Shown: positions 1-9,670 of the stretch, piece after piece
How positions within the stretch are numbered: position 1 is the stretch's first letter
Layout of the letters: the number at the start of each line of letters is the position of its first letter
Assembly: GCA_963777505.1 (NCBI GenBank)
Contig: CAVZQN010000011.1
Span: forward strand, 195,775-259,774
DNA length: 64,000 nucleotides
From: an uncultured bacterium
GTDB lineage: Bacteria; Acidobacteriota; HRBIN11; JAKEFK01
Direction of reading: 5' to 3'
Notes under the pieces: generated by a model
Databases searched by the model: none
What the model was told of the DNA's origin: nothing
The model's input: only the letters and a program-made list of their open reading frames with translations
Made by a program: the position numbers and the translations under genes

Positions 1-15
1 GTCCAACTTGAATTT

Positions 16-1029
16 TCATTGAAGTTGTTTCCCAAGAACTTCGGCAATTTGTTTTAAAGATGAGCGAAGCTGATCAAATTCACTAAAGTTGAGACTTTGT
101 GGACCATCGCTTTTTGCATGTTCGGCTTGATTGTGAACTTCAATCATTATGCCGTCTGCTCCAGCTGCTAATGCTGCACGGGAAAGAGGGAGTATCAGAC
201 TGCGTTTTCCTGAAGCATGACTTGGATCCACAAAAATGGGTAAATGTGAGATCTGCTTGATTAAAGGTACTGCGCTGATGTCGAGTGTGTTTCGAGTCGC
301 AGTTTCAAAAGTTCGAATTCCGCGTTCGCATAAAATGACTTTTGGATTTCCTTCTTGAAGGATATATTCCGCTGCCAGTAAGAATTCTTCCACAGTCGCG
401 TTCATTCCTCGCTTTAACAAAACAGGTTTCTTTTGTTTTCCTGCCGTTTTTAACAGGCGGAAATTTTGCATGTTGCGAGTTCCGATTTGAATCACATCCG
501 CATACTCGGAAACGATTTGAACGTCACTGGATGATACAGCTTCAGTAACAATTTTCATGTCGTGTTTATTTGCGGCTTTTCTCAGGAGCTTTAACCCTTC
601 TTCACCCAGACCCTGAAATGAATATGGCGATGTTCGTGGCTTAAATGCGCCTCCCCGTAGAAACTTAACTCCAGATTGTGAAAGCTGATTCGCAATCCCT
701 AAAATTTGCTCTTCAGACTCTACTGCACATGGACCTGCAATGATCGTAAAGTTTTGCGAATGAATCTGAAAATTACCGACAGAAATTGTAGTTTCATGTT
801 CTGCGTTTTTCTTCGCTGCAATGTCATAGGCCGGCGTAATGCGATATACGTTTGCAACACCTGGTTGGGTTAAGAAAAAATCGTTCGTCAGGATGTTTTG
901 CTTGCTCTGAATCCTGAGGATTGGCTCGCCATTTTCATACAGAAGATACGAACAATCATGTTGACGCAGCTTCTGCAGGAGCGAATTTAGGTCATCCTGC
1001 GATATATTTTTCTTGAGAACGACTATCAT
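16..1029 (-). CDS. aroF: DAHP synthase (type I-beta) with N-terminal regulatory domain
   Basis: Motifs [53 protein letters not shown]. Confidence 0.95.
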   Translation of the reverse strand: MIVVLKKNISQDDLNSLLQKLRQHDCSYLLYENGEPILRIQSKQNILTNDFFLTQPGVANVYRITPAYDIAAKKNAEHETTISVGNFQIHSQNFTIIAGPCAVESEEQILGIANQLSQSGVKFLRGGAFKPRTSPYSFQGLGEEGLKLLRKAANKHDMKIVTEAVSSSDVQIVSEYADVIQIGTRNMQNFRLLKTAGKQKKPVLLKRGMNATVEEFLLAAEYILQEGNPKVILCERGIRTFETATRNTLDISAVPLIKQISHLPIFVDPSHASGKRSLILPLSRAALAAGADGIMIEVHNQAEHAKSDGPQSLNFSEFDQLRSSLKQIAEVLGKQLQ

Positions 1030-1092
1030 GAGGGTAAGTTTACTGTCGGGGATGGTAATGATACCACATATTTGTATTTGCTACGGGATAAG

Positions 1093-1478
1093 GCAGGGGA
1101 GCAGAGGAGCGGAGGAGCAGGGGGATTTTAGGAATAGATTTGTTCGTAGCTGCGCGCATAGGAAAGGGAGCGGGACGGGGAGCGGGGAGAGTGCAGGTGT
1201 TTGTAGCTTCGCGATGGGTAGTGCGTAGCTACAAAGAACTTGCGTACACCGATCTCCCTTTCACCCCAGCACCCCTGCTCCCCTGCATTTGAAGCAAAGC
1301 TATAATTACTTAGGTGAATCAACGTTTATACTTGGACTACAACGCTTCAACATCCATCGATCAGCAGGGGAGAGCGTATGCGTGAAGGTGTTTGTAGCTT
1401 CGCGATGGGTAGTGCGTAGCTACAAAGAACTTGCGTACGCCGATCTCCCTTTCTCCCCAGCACCCCTGCTCCCCTGCA
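1093..1478. repeat. REP/MITE-like intergenic elements with GCAGGGGAGCAG...CTGCTCCCCTGC ends and internal TTTGTAGCT...AGCTACAAA hairpins
   Basis: Inverted repeats at about 1093 and 1269-1286, repeated 191 bp downstream; a related motif recurs at about 19553. Confidence 0.75.
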
Positions 1479-1543
1479 TTTGAAGCAAAGCTATAATTAC
1501 TTAGATGAATCAACGCATATACCTAGATTACAATGCCTCCACA
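1195..1543 (+). repeat. 191-bp-period tandem duplication containing the iscS promoter and first 13 codons
   Basis: Copy 1 starts at 1195 and copy 2 at 1386; GTG 1314 corresponds to ATG 1505. Confidence 0.9.
1492..1497 (+). promoter_or_regulatory. -10 box (TATAAT) 7 nt before the iscS ATG; probable leaderless promoter
   Basis: TATAAT-TACTTAG-ATG with no Shine-Dalgarno. Confidence 0.7.
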
Positions 1544-2638
1544 CCGCTGGATCCTCGTGTCGCAGAAGCTATGTCATCCGCAGTGTTAATGTACGGCAAT
1601 CCATCGAGTATTCATCAAGAAGGCCGTCAAGCTCGGGCACTTGTGGATCAAGCACGAGTGAATCTCGCCAATTTAACGAATTGTGATTATCGTCGTCTTG
1701 TATTTACATCAGGCGGTACTGAATCGATCAATCTTGCAATTTTAGGAGCAGCCCGAGCTAACCGTAGTCGCGGCAAACACCTGATTACATCCGCAATCGA
1801 ACATTCAGCAGTATTAAATTCTTTTCATCAACTTGAACGGGAAGGATTTGAAGTCTCCTATCTTTCACCTACTTCAGATGGGATCATTGAACCTGATGCA
1901 CTTCGTGCTGCTATACGGAATGATTCCATACTCGTTTCAATCATGATGGCGAATAATGAAATCGGAACGATTCAACCCGTTTCGGACCTTTCAGCAATTG
2001 CTCATGAAAATCGAGCGCTATTCCATACAGATGCAGTTCAAGCGCTTGGAAAAATTTTAGTCGATATTGAACAAATTCACCCCGACCTGGTTTCGTTTTC
2101 CAGCCACAAAATCTATGGTCCTAAAGGTGCTGGTGCGCTTTATTGTTCCGCGGAAACTGAAATCGAGCCATTAATTCGAGGCGGTACACACGAACAGGGT
2201 TTGCGTGCTGGAACTGAAAACGTTGCTGCAATTCATGGCTTTGGCTATGCAGCCGACCTTCTGGTACATGAAGGACTCCCTGATCTTTTTCCCTTTCGGA
2301 AATTGCTCGAAAGCGGGCTAAAAAATGAGGAGGTAGAAATTATCTGTCAGAATGCTCCCCGTCTACCGAATACCGTAAATTTTTACTTTCCACGATGGAA
2401 AGGCGAATCTCTCGTCATGGCTTTAGATTTGGAGGGGTTTGCGGTATCAAATGGATCAGCATGTTCAGCTGGTATTATTGAACCTTCTCATGTCATAAGA
2501 GCTTTGGGTTATAATGAAGACGTTGCGCGTAGCGTAATTCGGGCGAGTTTTGGGAAATTTACGCAGGCGAATGAAATCGATAGGTTTCTCGAATTTGTGC
2601 ATCGTCTGGCTCAGAGGGTGGAAAGAACGATGTCATAG
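1505..2638 (+). CDS. iscS: Cysteine desulfurase (IscS/NifS family)
   Basis: IYLDYNAST, FTSGGTES, HTDAVQ, SSHKIYGPKG (PLP lysine), NGSACS; upstream of mnmA. Confidence 0.93.
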   Translation: MNQRIYLDYNASTPLDPRVAEAMSSAVLMYGNPSSIHQEGRQARALVDQARVNLANLTNCDYRRLVFTSGGTESINLAILGAARANRSRGKHLITSAIEHSAVLNSFHQLEREGFEVSYLSPTSDGIIEPDALRAAIRNDSILVSIMMANNEIGTIQPVSDLSAIAHENRALFHTDAVQALGKILVDIEQIHPDLVSFSSHKIYGPKGAGALYCSAETEIEPLIRGGTHEQGLRAGTENVAAIHGFGYAADLLVHEGLPDLFPFRKLLESGLKNEEVEIICQNAPRLPNTVNFYFPRWKGESLVMALDLEGFAVSNGSACSAGIIEPSHVIRALGYNEDVARSVIRASFGKFTQANEIDRFLEFVHRLAQRVERTMS

Positions 2639-2682
2639 AATGGCATCAAAACGTGAGGCTTGGGGAGAATAGAGGAGACGCA

Positions 2683-3291
2683 ATGATCATCGAGTGCACA
2701 ACCTGCGGATCAAAGTATAAATACGACGAAAGTAAACTCGCAGGTGCGGACAGTAAGAAATTAAAATGTCCGAAGTGTAAAGGCGTTATTGAAGTTGTAA
2801 ATCAAAATGTGCGAGCCGCCGCAGCACTTCGCGATCCCGATCCAGACAACAAATGGGAACAGACTTTTACCGCAGTGAATCCTGCCTCACAATCAGAAGC
2901 GCATAATCCTGCGGACACAGCAGCCTCATCTGAACCAGCAAAGACCTCCAAGCTAAGGAAAGAGATGCTGGAAGGATTAAAGCTTCCGGAAACGCGCAAG
3001 CTGTCGCTTGCTTTAATTTCAGGAAACAATGCTGGCGAAATTTACCAGATCAGTAAACCAAGAATGGTGATCGGTCGCGGTGAAGCCGATATTTTGATTC
3101 AAGATTTGGAAGCTTCTCGCACGCATGCTGAAATCGATGTAATCGGTGATCGTGTTGTATTGCACGATTTAAATAGCACAAATGGCACGTTTGTAGATGA
3201 ACAAAAAATTACATCGGTATCGCTTGAAAACCATAATGAATTCCGAATCGGCTCCACAGTCTTCATGCTGATCATTACAGACGTCGAATAA
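2683..3291 (+). CDS. Zinc-ribbon (MJ0042-like) plus C-terminal FHA domain protein
   Basis: CTTC...CPKC at N-terminus; FHA motifs IGR, SRTHA, STNGT; AGAGGAG SD before ATG 2683. Confidence 0.85.
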   Translation: MIIECTTCGSKYKYDESKLAGADSKKLKCPKCKGVIEVVNQNVRAAAALRDPDPDNKWEQTFTAVNPASQSEAHNPADTAASSEPAKTSKLRKEMLEGLKLPETRKLSLALISGNNAGEIYQISKPRMVIGRGEADILIQDLEASRTHAEIDVIGDRVVLHDLNSTNGTFVDEQKITSVSLENHNEFRIGSTVFMLIITDVE

Positions 3292-3360
3292 TTTCATTTA
3301 ACCGCAAAGACACAAAGATTCTTGCGAGTCCATATATTTAGCATTAATATCTAAGCCCTT

Positions 3361-4440
3361 ATGAAAGAGAGAATTTTGGTAGCAATGAGCGGGGGAGTTG
3401 ATAGCTCCGTTGCGGCAGCACTGCTTGTTGAAAATGGTTATGATGTCGTCGGAATGACGATGCAGCTTTGGGATTACGGTTCCCGCGCAAAGCGTCATGG
3501 GAATCGATGCTGCGCTTCCGAAGACATCGAAGATGCCCGGCGTGTGGCTAATCATTTGGGCATCCCATTTTATGCCATTAATTTTCAGAAGGAATTTTTT
3601 GATCAAGTTGTTCGTCCATTTATGGATGATTACATTTCCGGTCGAACGCCGATTCCTTGTGTCAATTGCAATAGCGGATTGAAGTTTCATGAACTTGTAC
3701 AAGTCGCAGATCGGCTGCAAGCGGAACATGTTGCCACCGGACACTATGTCCGGCTTCAACACGATTCCGATAGCGGACGTTACATGCTTCGAAAGGCGCG
3801 GGACACCCGGAAGGATCAATCCTATTTTCTTTTCAATCTAAACCAGGATCAGTTGAAGCGAGCCATGTTTCCTCTGGCTGAATACACCAAGAGTGAGGTT
3901 CGCGAAATTGCACGCCGGCTTAAATTGCCTGTCGCTGAGAAGCCCGAGAGTCAGGAATTATGTTTCTTGCAAGGTGAATCACAGGGTTCATTTATTCAAC
4001 GTCATATTCCAAACTTAGCACTGAACGGGGATCTTATTGATTCAAATGGGAATCGAATTGGATCGCATGAAGGAATTCACAACTTCACAGTTGGACAACG
4101 CCGTGGTCTTGGTATAGCTGTAGGCAAACCTCAATATGTCGTTGGAATTGATCCGGAGAATCGTACAGTGCAAGTTGGTTCTGATGATGAATTGCTCAGC
4201 AGTGGAATGAATGTGAATCGCGTAAACTGGCTTGCCATTTCAGAACCGCGGGAGAAGCTTGCGGGAAGTGTTCGCATTCGCTATAAGCATGATGAAAGTG
4301 CCGCCACGATTCATCCGGAAGGATCCAAATGCCGGATTGAATTTGATGAGAAGCAACGGGCAATTACACCTGGCCAGGCCGCTGTCTTTTATAATGGCGA
4401 TCTTGTACTGGGCGGTGGCTGGATTGAATCAGCATATTAG
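3361..4440 (+). CDS. mnmA: tRNA-specific 2-thiouridylase
   Basis: AMSGGVDSS, TPIPCVNCN, ATGHY, KDQSYFL, TPGQAAVFY. Confidence 0.97.
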   Translation: MKERILVAMSGGVDSSVAAALLVENGYDVVGMTMQLWDYGSRAKRHGNRCCASEDIEDARRVANHLGIPFYAINFQKEFFDQVVRPFMDDYISGRTPIPCVNCNSGLKFHELVQVADRLQAEHVATGHYVRLQHDSDSGRYMLRKARDTRKDQSYFLFNLNQDQLKRAMFPLAEYTKSEVREIARRLKLPVAEKPESQELCFLQGESQGSFIQRHIPNLALNGDLIDSNGNRIGSHEGIHNFTVGQRRGLGIAVGKPQYVVGIDPENRTVQVGSDDELLSSGMNVNRVNWLAISEPREKLAGSVRIRYKHDESAATIHPEGSKCRIEFDEKQRAITPGQAAVFYNGDLVLGGGWIESAY

Positions 4441-4450
4441 CCGCAAAGAC

Positions 4451-5803
4451 TCAAAGATAGGATTTAACCACCGATTCGACATCAGTTTGAATGACTTTCA
4501 AACGTTCAGGTGTATCTGCTTCAAACCTGAGGACCAGCGCGGGCTGTGTGTTGGAAGCACGCACTAAACCCCAACCATCGCCAAAATTTACTCTTACGCC
4601 ATCAACATCTACAATCGGATACTTCCCGCGATAGTACGCCGTTGCTTTCTCCACAACTGCAAATTTTTTGTCATCGGCACAATTCACCCGGATTTCTGGA
4701 GTGCTATAAGTTATTGGAACATCTCGCAAAAATTCGGATAGCGGAAGATTTGTTTTGGATAGAATTCGTAAAACCCGAAGACTTGCGTAAATTGCGTCAT
4801 CGTACCCAAAATATTCATCAGCAAAGAAGAGGTGTCCGCTCATTTCGCCTGCCACCGCTGCATTCGTTTCTTTCATTTTGCTTTTGATTAAGGAATGTCC
4901 GGCTTTCCACATAATTGGAATGCCGCCATGTTTCTTAATATCATCTTCGAGTGTTTTCGAACATTTCACCTCAAAAATAACTGTGCTTTTTGGGTGGCGG
5001 GTGAGTATATCGCGGGCGAAAATAATTAGGAGTTGATCCCCCCACAAAATATTTCCTTTATCATCTATAACGCCCAACCTATCGGAATCTCCGTCGTAAG
5101 CAAGGCCAACTTCAGCTTTTTGTTCTTTGACCGCAGCAATAAGATCAACCAGGTTGTGTGGATCTGTTGGATCTGGATGATGATTTGGAAAACGTCCATC
5201 AGGCGTGCAAAATAATTCGATCGTCTTGCACCCCATTGACTGAATGAGATCCGGTGCTACCAGAGATGCAGTACCGTTACCGCAGTCAATCGCAGTAAAC
5301 AATGGCCTATCAAACTTGATCCGTTCCCGCATGAAATTTTTATATTGATCGATGATTCCTTCATAATTCTGAGCACTTCCTTCGCCTGTAATGAAGTCAT
5401 CCGCTTCAATCATTTCCCGGACTTTTTGAATGTCCTGACCATAGATACTGGATTTGCCAACGCAAAGTTTGAATCCGTTGTATTCGGAAGGATTATGGCT
5501 TGCAGTAATCATCACACCGCCATCAACTTCAAGTTGGAAAAGTGCGAAGTAAAGTAATGGTGTTGGAACGACTCCAATATCGATAATTTCGCAACCGGTT
5601 GAGATTAATCCCTGGTGAGTAATTTCATTGAAGCGATCTGAAGTCAAACGAACATCACGGCCAACGGCAAGTCTTTTCTTTCCTAAACGCCTTACATATG
5701 TTCCAAAAGCTTTTGCAATTCCAAGCGCGGTCTCTTCTGTTAATTCTTTTTCAACGAGTCCTCGTATGTCATACTCGCGAAAAATATTCCGTTGTACTTG
5801 CAT
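4451..5803 (-). CDS. Phosphomannomutase/phosphoglucomutase (AlgC-like)
   Basis: FREYDIRG, ITASHNP, DGDSDR, GEMSGH, RASNTQP. Confidence 0.95.
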   Translation of the reverse strand: MQVQRNIFREYDIRGLVEKELTEETALGIAKAFGTYVRRLGKKRLAVGRDVRLTSDRFNEITHQGLISTGCEIIDIGVVPTPLLYFALFQLEVDGGVMITASHNPSEYNGFKLCVGKSSIYGQDIQKVREMIEADDFITGEGSAQNYEGIIDQYKNFMRERIKFDRPLFTAIDCGNGTASLVAPDLIQSMGCKTIELFCTPDGRFPNHHPDPTDPHNLVDLIAAVKEQKAEVGLAYDGDSDRLGVIDDKGNILWGDQLLIIFARDILTRHPKSTVIFEVKCSKTLEDDIKKHGGIPIMWKAGHSLIKSKMKETNAAVAGEMSGHLFFADEYFGYDDAIYASLRVLRILSKTNLPLSEFLRDVPITYSTPEIRVNCADDKKFAVVEKATAYYRGKYPIVDVDGVRVNFGDGWGLVRASNTQPALVLRFEADTPERLKVIQTDVESVVKSYL

Positions 5804-5845
5804 AGCTCCTCCGTAATAAAAACCGCGATGATGTTATGAGTATAT

Positions 5846-6697
5846 TTATAAGTTAAATAACTTCAAAGCATTCGTGCGGGTAATTTTTTCAATCGCTTCA
5901 TCACTCAATGATAGCTTCGAAAATTGTTCGAAGTTAGCGCGCATACCAGGCACCATAGGCGCAGGCCAATCTGTTCCAAACAAAGTCTTATCTGCAATAT
6001 CCGCTAGCTTTGGAAAATAATCCAAAACTTTTGATGGCGGAATACTTGAAACATCCATCATTACATTTGGAAATCTTCGAATCAGAAAAATACATGTTTC
6101 CATCCACAGCGGACGTCCTCCATGAGCCAAGATAATTTTTAATCGTGGAAAATCAACCGCAACATCATCAACATATATCGGGTCTGCGAAGCGGTTTCGA
6201 GCTCCACTAAAAATGGATGTACCCGTATGGAACATTACCGGAATTCCGTCTTCTTCACACCGTCGATAAAGGTAGCTAAGTGATTCATTTCCTTCAAGAT
6301 ATTCGTTTGGGTAAACGCTCTGATGAGAGGGATGAATTTTGATCCCGCCTAATTTAAGCTTTCCAATCAATTCATCGATTCTCGATTCTTGCCCTGTTTT
6401 AATGCGGGGATCGATGGACCCAAACGGAATCAATCGCTTGCGATTTTCATTTGAAAAATTCGAAATGAATTCGTTTACCTCAGGTGTGAAGCCCATAATG
6501 TGCGGGCTGACATAATTAATCAGCGCGGCTGCTTCGACTCCTTCTGAATCCATATATTTCAGAAATTCTGAAGGTGAGTCCATCACCTTTGAAATGATTT
6601 CAAGATCTTTGCGATCGCGTTTCATGCGTTCCACAATTTCAGGTTTCATCATGCGCCATGGTTGAACATGAATGTGTGCATCAATAAAAAATTTCAT
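5846..6697 (-). CDS. Amidohydrolase_2 family metal-dependent hydrolase
   Basis: IDAHIH, KIHP, FHTG, LAHGG, FGTDWP. Confidence 0.9.
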   Translation of the reverse strand: MKFFIDAHIHVQPWRMMKPEIVERMKRDRKDLEIISKVMDSPSEFLKYMDSEGVEAAALINYVSPHIMGFTPEVNEFISNFSNENRKRLIPFGSIDPRIKTGQESRIDELIGKLKLGGIKIHPSHQSVYPNEYLEGNESLSYLYRRCEEDGIPVMFHTGTSIFSGARNRFADPIYVDDVAVDFPRLKIILAHGGRPLWMETCIFLIRRFPNVMMDVSSIPPSKVLDYFPKLADIADKTLFGTDWPAPMVPGMRANFEQFSKLSLSDEAIEKITRTNALKLFNL

Positions 6698-6804
6698 AAT
6701 TTAATTTTTAACCGCAAAGACTCTGAGGTAAATTTTATTTCATTTGAACTTTACTTCACACTGCTGTAAGATGCTAACACTTTTCCCCAAAAACAAATTG
6801 AAAT

Positions 6805-7629
6805 ATGAATGCTGATAGAGTTCTTGCCAGGGCAGAAGCCTGGAAGAAAAAATCCCATTGTCTGTCGATGAATCTCCGATTGAGATCCATTGGTGAAGCG
6901 CGAAAGTTTGTTAAAGAGCACTCGATTGTACTTTGGGATGAAAAAGCGGAAGTTCCAAATTTGTTGGATGCAATTTTAGGAAGGATCGCAAACGGAAAAG
7001 AACGTCAGCAAAGTAAAGCAACAGAAAATTGTAAATTATGGCGCCGCCAGTTGTTGTCTGATCCGGAATTTCTGGAATGCAGGTTATTTCGAAAATATTC
7101 AACGGCGGTTTATCAAGACTTGTGGCCATACATTACTGTTTTTTCAAGATTGAACTGTAAAGCTGCTGAAGAAGGTGGAGAGCTTTCGCGTGATGCCAGG
7201 AAAATTTTCAACTACTTAAAAAAGGAAGGCCCTTCAGGAATCGATACAATCAAAAAGGGTTTGAAATTCACATCTTCAACCGAAGGAAGGCAATTTCAGA
7301 AAGCGAAACTAGAATTACAGTCGCTTCTGATTCTGGTAACCGGAGGCGATTCTCCGCAGGGTCACACCCTTGGATTATGGGAAAACTTAGTTCCAAAAAA
7401 TGTGCGGTCTAGCGCAGACAAGATTACCCCAAAAGAAGCGGGAGCCAGATTATTAGGGGCGGCATTAACATCCTCGGTTCTTGTCAATGAAAAGCAGCTT
7501 CCCAGGCTCTTTACATGGGCAAATGACGAATCTGTCGATTGGGCGAAAGCTTTATTGGAAAGTCGCACTTTCATGCGTGTCCCTCGTAAAACTGAAACCT
7601 GGATTGTCCCTCGTAAAATCCTCCGATAA
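6805..7629 (+). CDS. Hypothetical protein, possibly AlkZ/YcaQ-related winged-helix protein
   Basis: 274-aa ORF; LSRDARKIFNYLKKEGP segment resembles the wHTH of AlkZ-related proteins (tentative). Confidence 0.5.
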   Translation: MNADRVLARAEAWKKKSHCLSMNLRLRSIGEARKFVKEHSIVLWDEKAEVPNLLDAILGRIANGKERQQSKATENCKLWRRQLLSDPEFLECRLFRKYSTAVYQDLWPYITVFSRLNCKAAEEGGELSRDARKIFNYLKKEGPSGIDTIKKGLKFTSSTEGRQFQKAKLELQSLLILVTGGDSPQGHTLGLWENLVPKNVRSSADKITPKEAGARLLGAALTSSVLVNEKQLPRLFTWANDESVDWAKALLESRTFMRVPRKTETWIVPRKILR

Positions 7630-7782
7630 GCCTCTGTGCCTCGAGTTAAACCTTTGCGTCTTTGCGGTTTCATTGTCCCTCGTAAGATCCTGCTCTAACC
7701 CTCTGTGCCTCGAGTTAAACCTCTGCGTCTCTGCGGTTATAGAGTCTCTGCGTCTCGAGTTAACCTCTGCGTCTTTGCGGTT
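7603..7782 (+). repeat. 69-bp-period duplication of the gene 3' end plus REP-like CTYTGCGTCTYTGCGGTT units
   Basis: Copies start at 7603 and 7672, with a partial third unit at about 7746. Confidence 0.9.
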
Positions 7783-7839
7783 TAAAATTGACATTTCTGC
7801 TCGTGTCAGCTTAAATACATTGCTGTTGGAGATCGATTC

Positions 7840-8991
7840 ATGAAAAAAGGTTTGCTGTTTGTTGCGCTATTTCTGTGTTTTGTACTGCCTTTGTTTGCAC
7901 AAGATACGAGACAGATTACAGCTGAAGGTGTTGCCTCAGTTGGAAACGATCCTGCAGCCGCTCGTGATAAGGCGATTGAGGATGCTTTAAGAAGGGCTGT
8001 TGAGCAAGCAGTAGGAACGATGGTTGAATCTGAAACCGCCGTTGAGAACTATAAACTGCTCAGTGATCGAATTTATTCACGCTCTTCAGGATATGTAAAG
8101 AATTACAACGTCGTATCCGAAAAGCAGGAAGGCGGATTGATTCGTGTAACAATTTCAGCCGATGTAAGTTCTGGTGATTTAAATAACGATCTTGCTGGCA
8201 TCGGGCTTCTTCAAAGAAGAATGAAATATCCCCGCGTCATGGTCTCCATCATTGAAGACAATCTTTTGACGACTGCTGATTATTGGAATACATACACAGT
8301 TTCGACATCGCAAGCCGAAAGTACAGTAAACATTAAGATGAAAGATAAAGGCTTCAACATGGTAGATCCGAATTTTATGAGGAAGTCTTTGAACGCAGCT
8401 GAAGCAAAAGACGCATGGGAGGGAGACTACGCTACTGCCGGCAAATTTGGACAGCGGCTTGGTGCGGAAATCGTGATTGTGGGTCAAGCAACATCCACAA
8501 GAGCGGCCAATAACATAATGGGTTCCGATCTGCTGTCTGTAAGCAGCACAATTAATGCAACTGCAGTAAAAGCTGGAACTGGCGAAATGATTGCTCAAGC
8601 ATCCGGCAAAGGAACTGCTGCTCATATCAATGAAGTTGCCGCACTCCAGGAAAGCCTAAAAAAGGCTTCTGATCAGGTGGCTGATCAGCTTATTACCGGA
8701 ATTATAGAAACATGGCAAAAGGAATCGTCAGGAACACGCGCTGTTGCTTTGCAAGTGAACGATATCTCACCAGCAGAACTGGAGCGTCTTAAAACCGCTA
8801 TCGAAAAATTAAGAGGCGTTGCCGAAGTTCAAGTACGCAACTATTCCAGCGGTTCTGCCGATATTACTATTCAGGCTAAAACGGATGGGCAAGAACTCTC
8901 TTCACTTATTTCAAAGACGTCATTTCCAGGATTCAAACTTATCCTGGTCGATGCCTCCGTTGATCGCCTTGAATACAATGTCGTTCACTGA
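7840..8991 (+). CDS. Exported protein with FlgT N-terminal-like domain and TolB-N/CsgG-like middle domain
   Basis: Signal peptide; AEGVAS...ARDKAIEDALRRAVEQAVG...SSGYVKNY. Confidence 0.7.
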   Translation: MKKGLLFVALFLCFVLPLFAQDTRQITAEGVASVGNDPAAARDKAIEDALRRAVEQAVGTMVESETAVENYKLLSDRIYSRSSGYVKNYNVVSEKQEGGLIRVTISADVSSGDLNNDLAGIGLLQRRMKYPRVMVSIIEDNLLTTADYWNTYTVSTSQAESTVNIKMKDKGFNMVDPNFMRKSLNAAEAKDAWEGDYATAGKFGQRLGAEIVIVGQATSTRAANNIMGSDLLSVSSTINATAVKAGTGEMIAQASGKGTAAHINEVAALQESLKKASDQVADQLITGIIETWQKESSGTRAVALQVNDISPAELERLKTAIEKLRGVAEVQVRNYSSGSADITIQAKTDGQELSSLISKTSFPGFKLILVDASVDRLEYNVVH

Positions 8992-9004
8992 GGTATAAGT
9001 CAAA

Positions 9005-9643
9005 ATGAGATACTCAAGATTTTTAGTCTTAATTCTGATTTTTCTTCCTTTCTGTGTATTTGCTGAGGATCGTTATTCCGATCGTCAATACAACGCAGAT
9101 GTAACTTTTTATGCTGGTGGATTTCTGGGCGATAGTTTCATCCTGAGTCCTCCTCAATTGTTGAGCGATTTCGGAGCTAGCACTCTGGATGATGATTTCA
9201 TCGGTGGATTTCGTCTCGCATATCACCTTAATCCTTATCTCGCGATGGAAGGATCTTTAGGGTTTACTCCTGCAAATGTTTTTTCTGAAGTATTTGTTGA
9301 TGGTGGCTTAACGGGTACGGCTACAATCCGGGTTGATACATATGTATTCAGCGCAAATCTTGTAGGAAATTTAGTGAAGCGCGGTCCAATCCGTCCGTTT
9401 TTAACAGGTGGAGTTAGCGCGGTACATTTTGATTTTAGAGATTCGCCATTTTTCTTCGGTCTTAATCCATCAGAAACAGACATGGCTTTTAATGCAGGCG
9501 GCGGCTTACGGATTCCATTTCGCCAAGACATGAGCATGCGTTTTGATGGAAGATATTATTGGTTAACTCCGGATTTTTCCGGGGATGATGATCCTCGTTT
9601 TATGGAATTGTCAGGTGGCGTACAAATTGATTTTGACTTTTAA
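9005..9643 (+). CDS. Outer-membrane beta-barrel protein (OmpA-like 8-strand)
   Basis: Signal peptide, alternating beta pattern, PFLTGG and FNAGGG, C-terminal Phe. Confidence 0.85.
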   Translation: MRYSRFLVLILIFLPFCVFAEDRYSDRQYNADVTFYAGGFLGDSFILSPPQLLSDFGASTLDDDFIGGFRLAYHLNPYLAMEGSLGFTPANVFSEVFVDGGLTGTATIRVDTYVFSANLVGNLVKRGPIRPFLTGGVSAVHFDFRDSPFFFGLNPSETDMAFNAGGGLRIPFRQDMSMRFDGRYYWLTPDFSGDDDPRFMELSGGVQIDFDF

Positions 9644-9670
9644 CAATTGGTTAGGTTGGAGGGTAAGTCG

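Noticed and set aside
1013-1686. Small ORFs 1013-1228, 1128-1322, 1289-1483 and 1480-1686
   Set aside because: They translate repeat DNA or are off-frame shadows of the iscS start
7578-7782. Short repeats as a mini-CRISPR
   Set aside because: Intervening sequences are themselves duplicated gene-end sequence, not unique spacers
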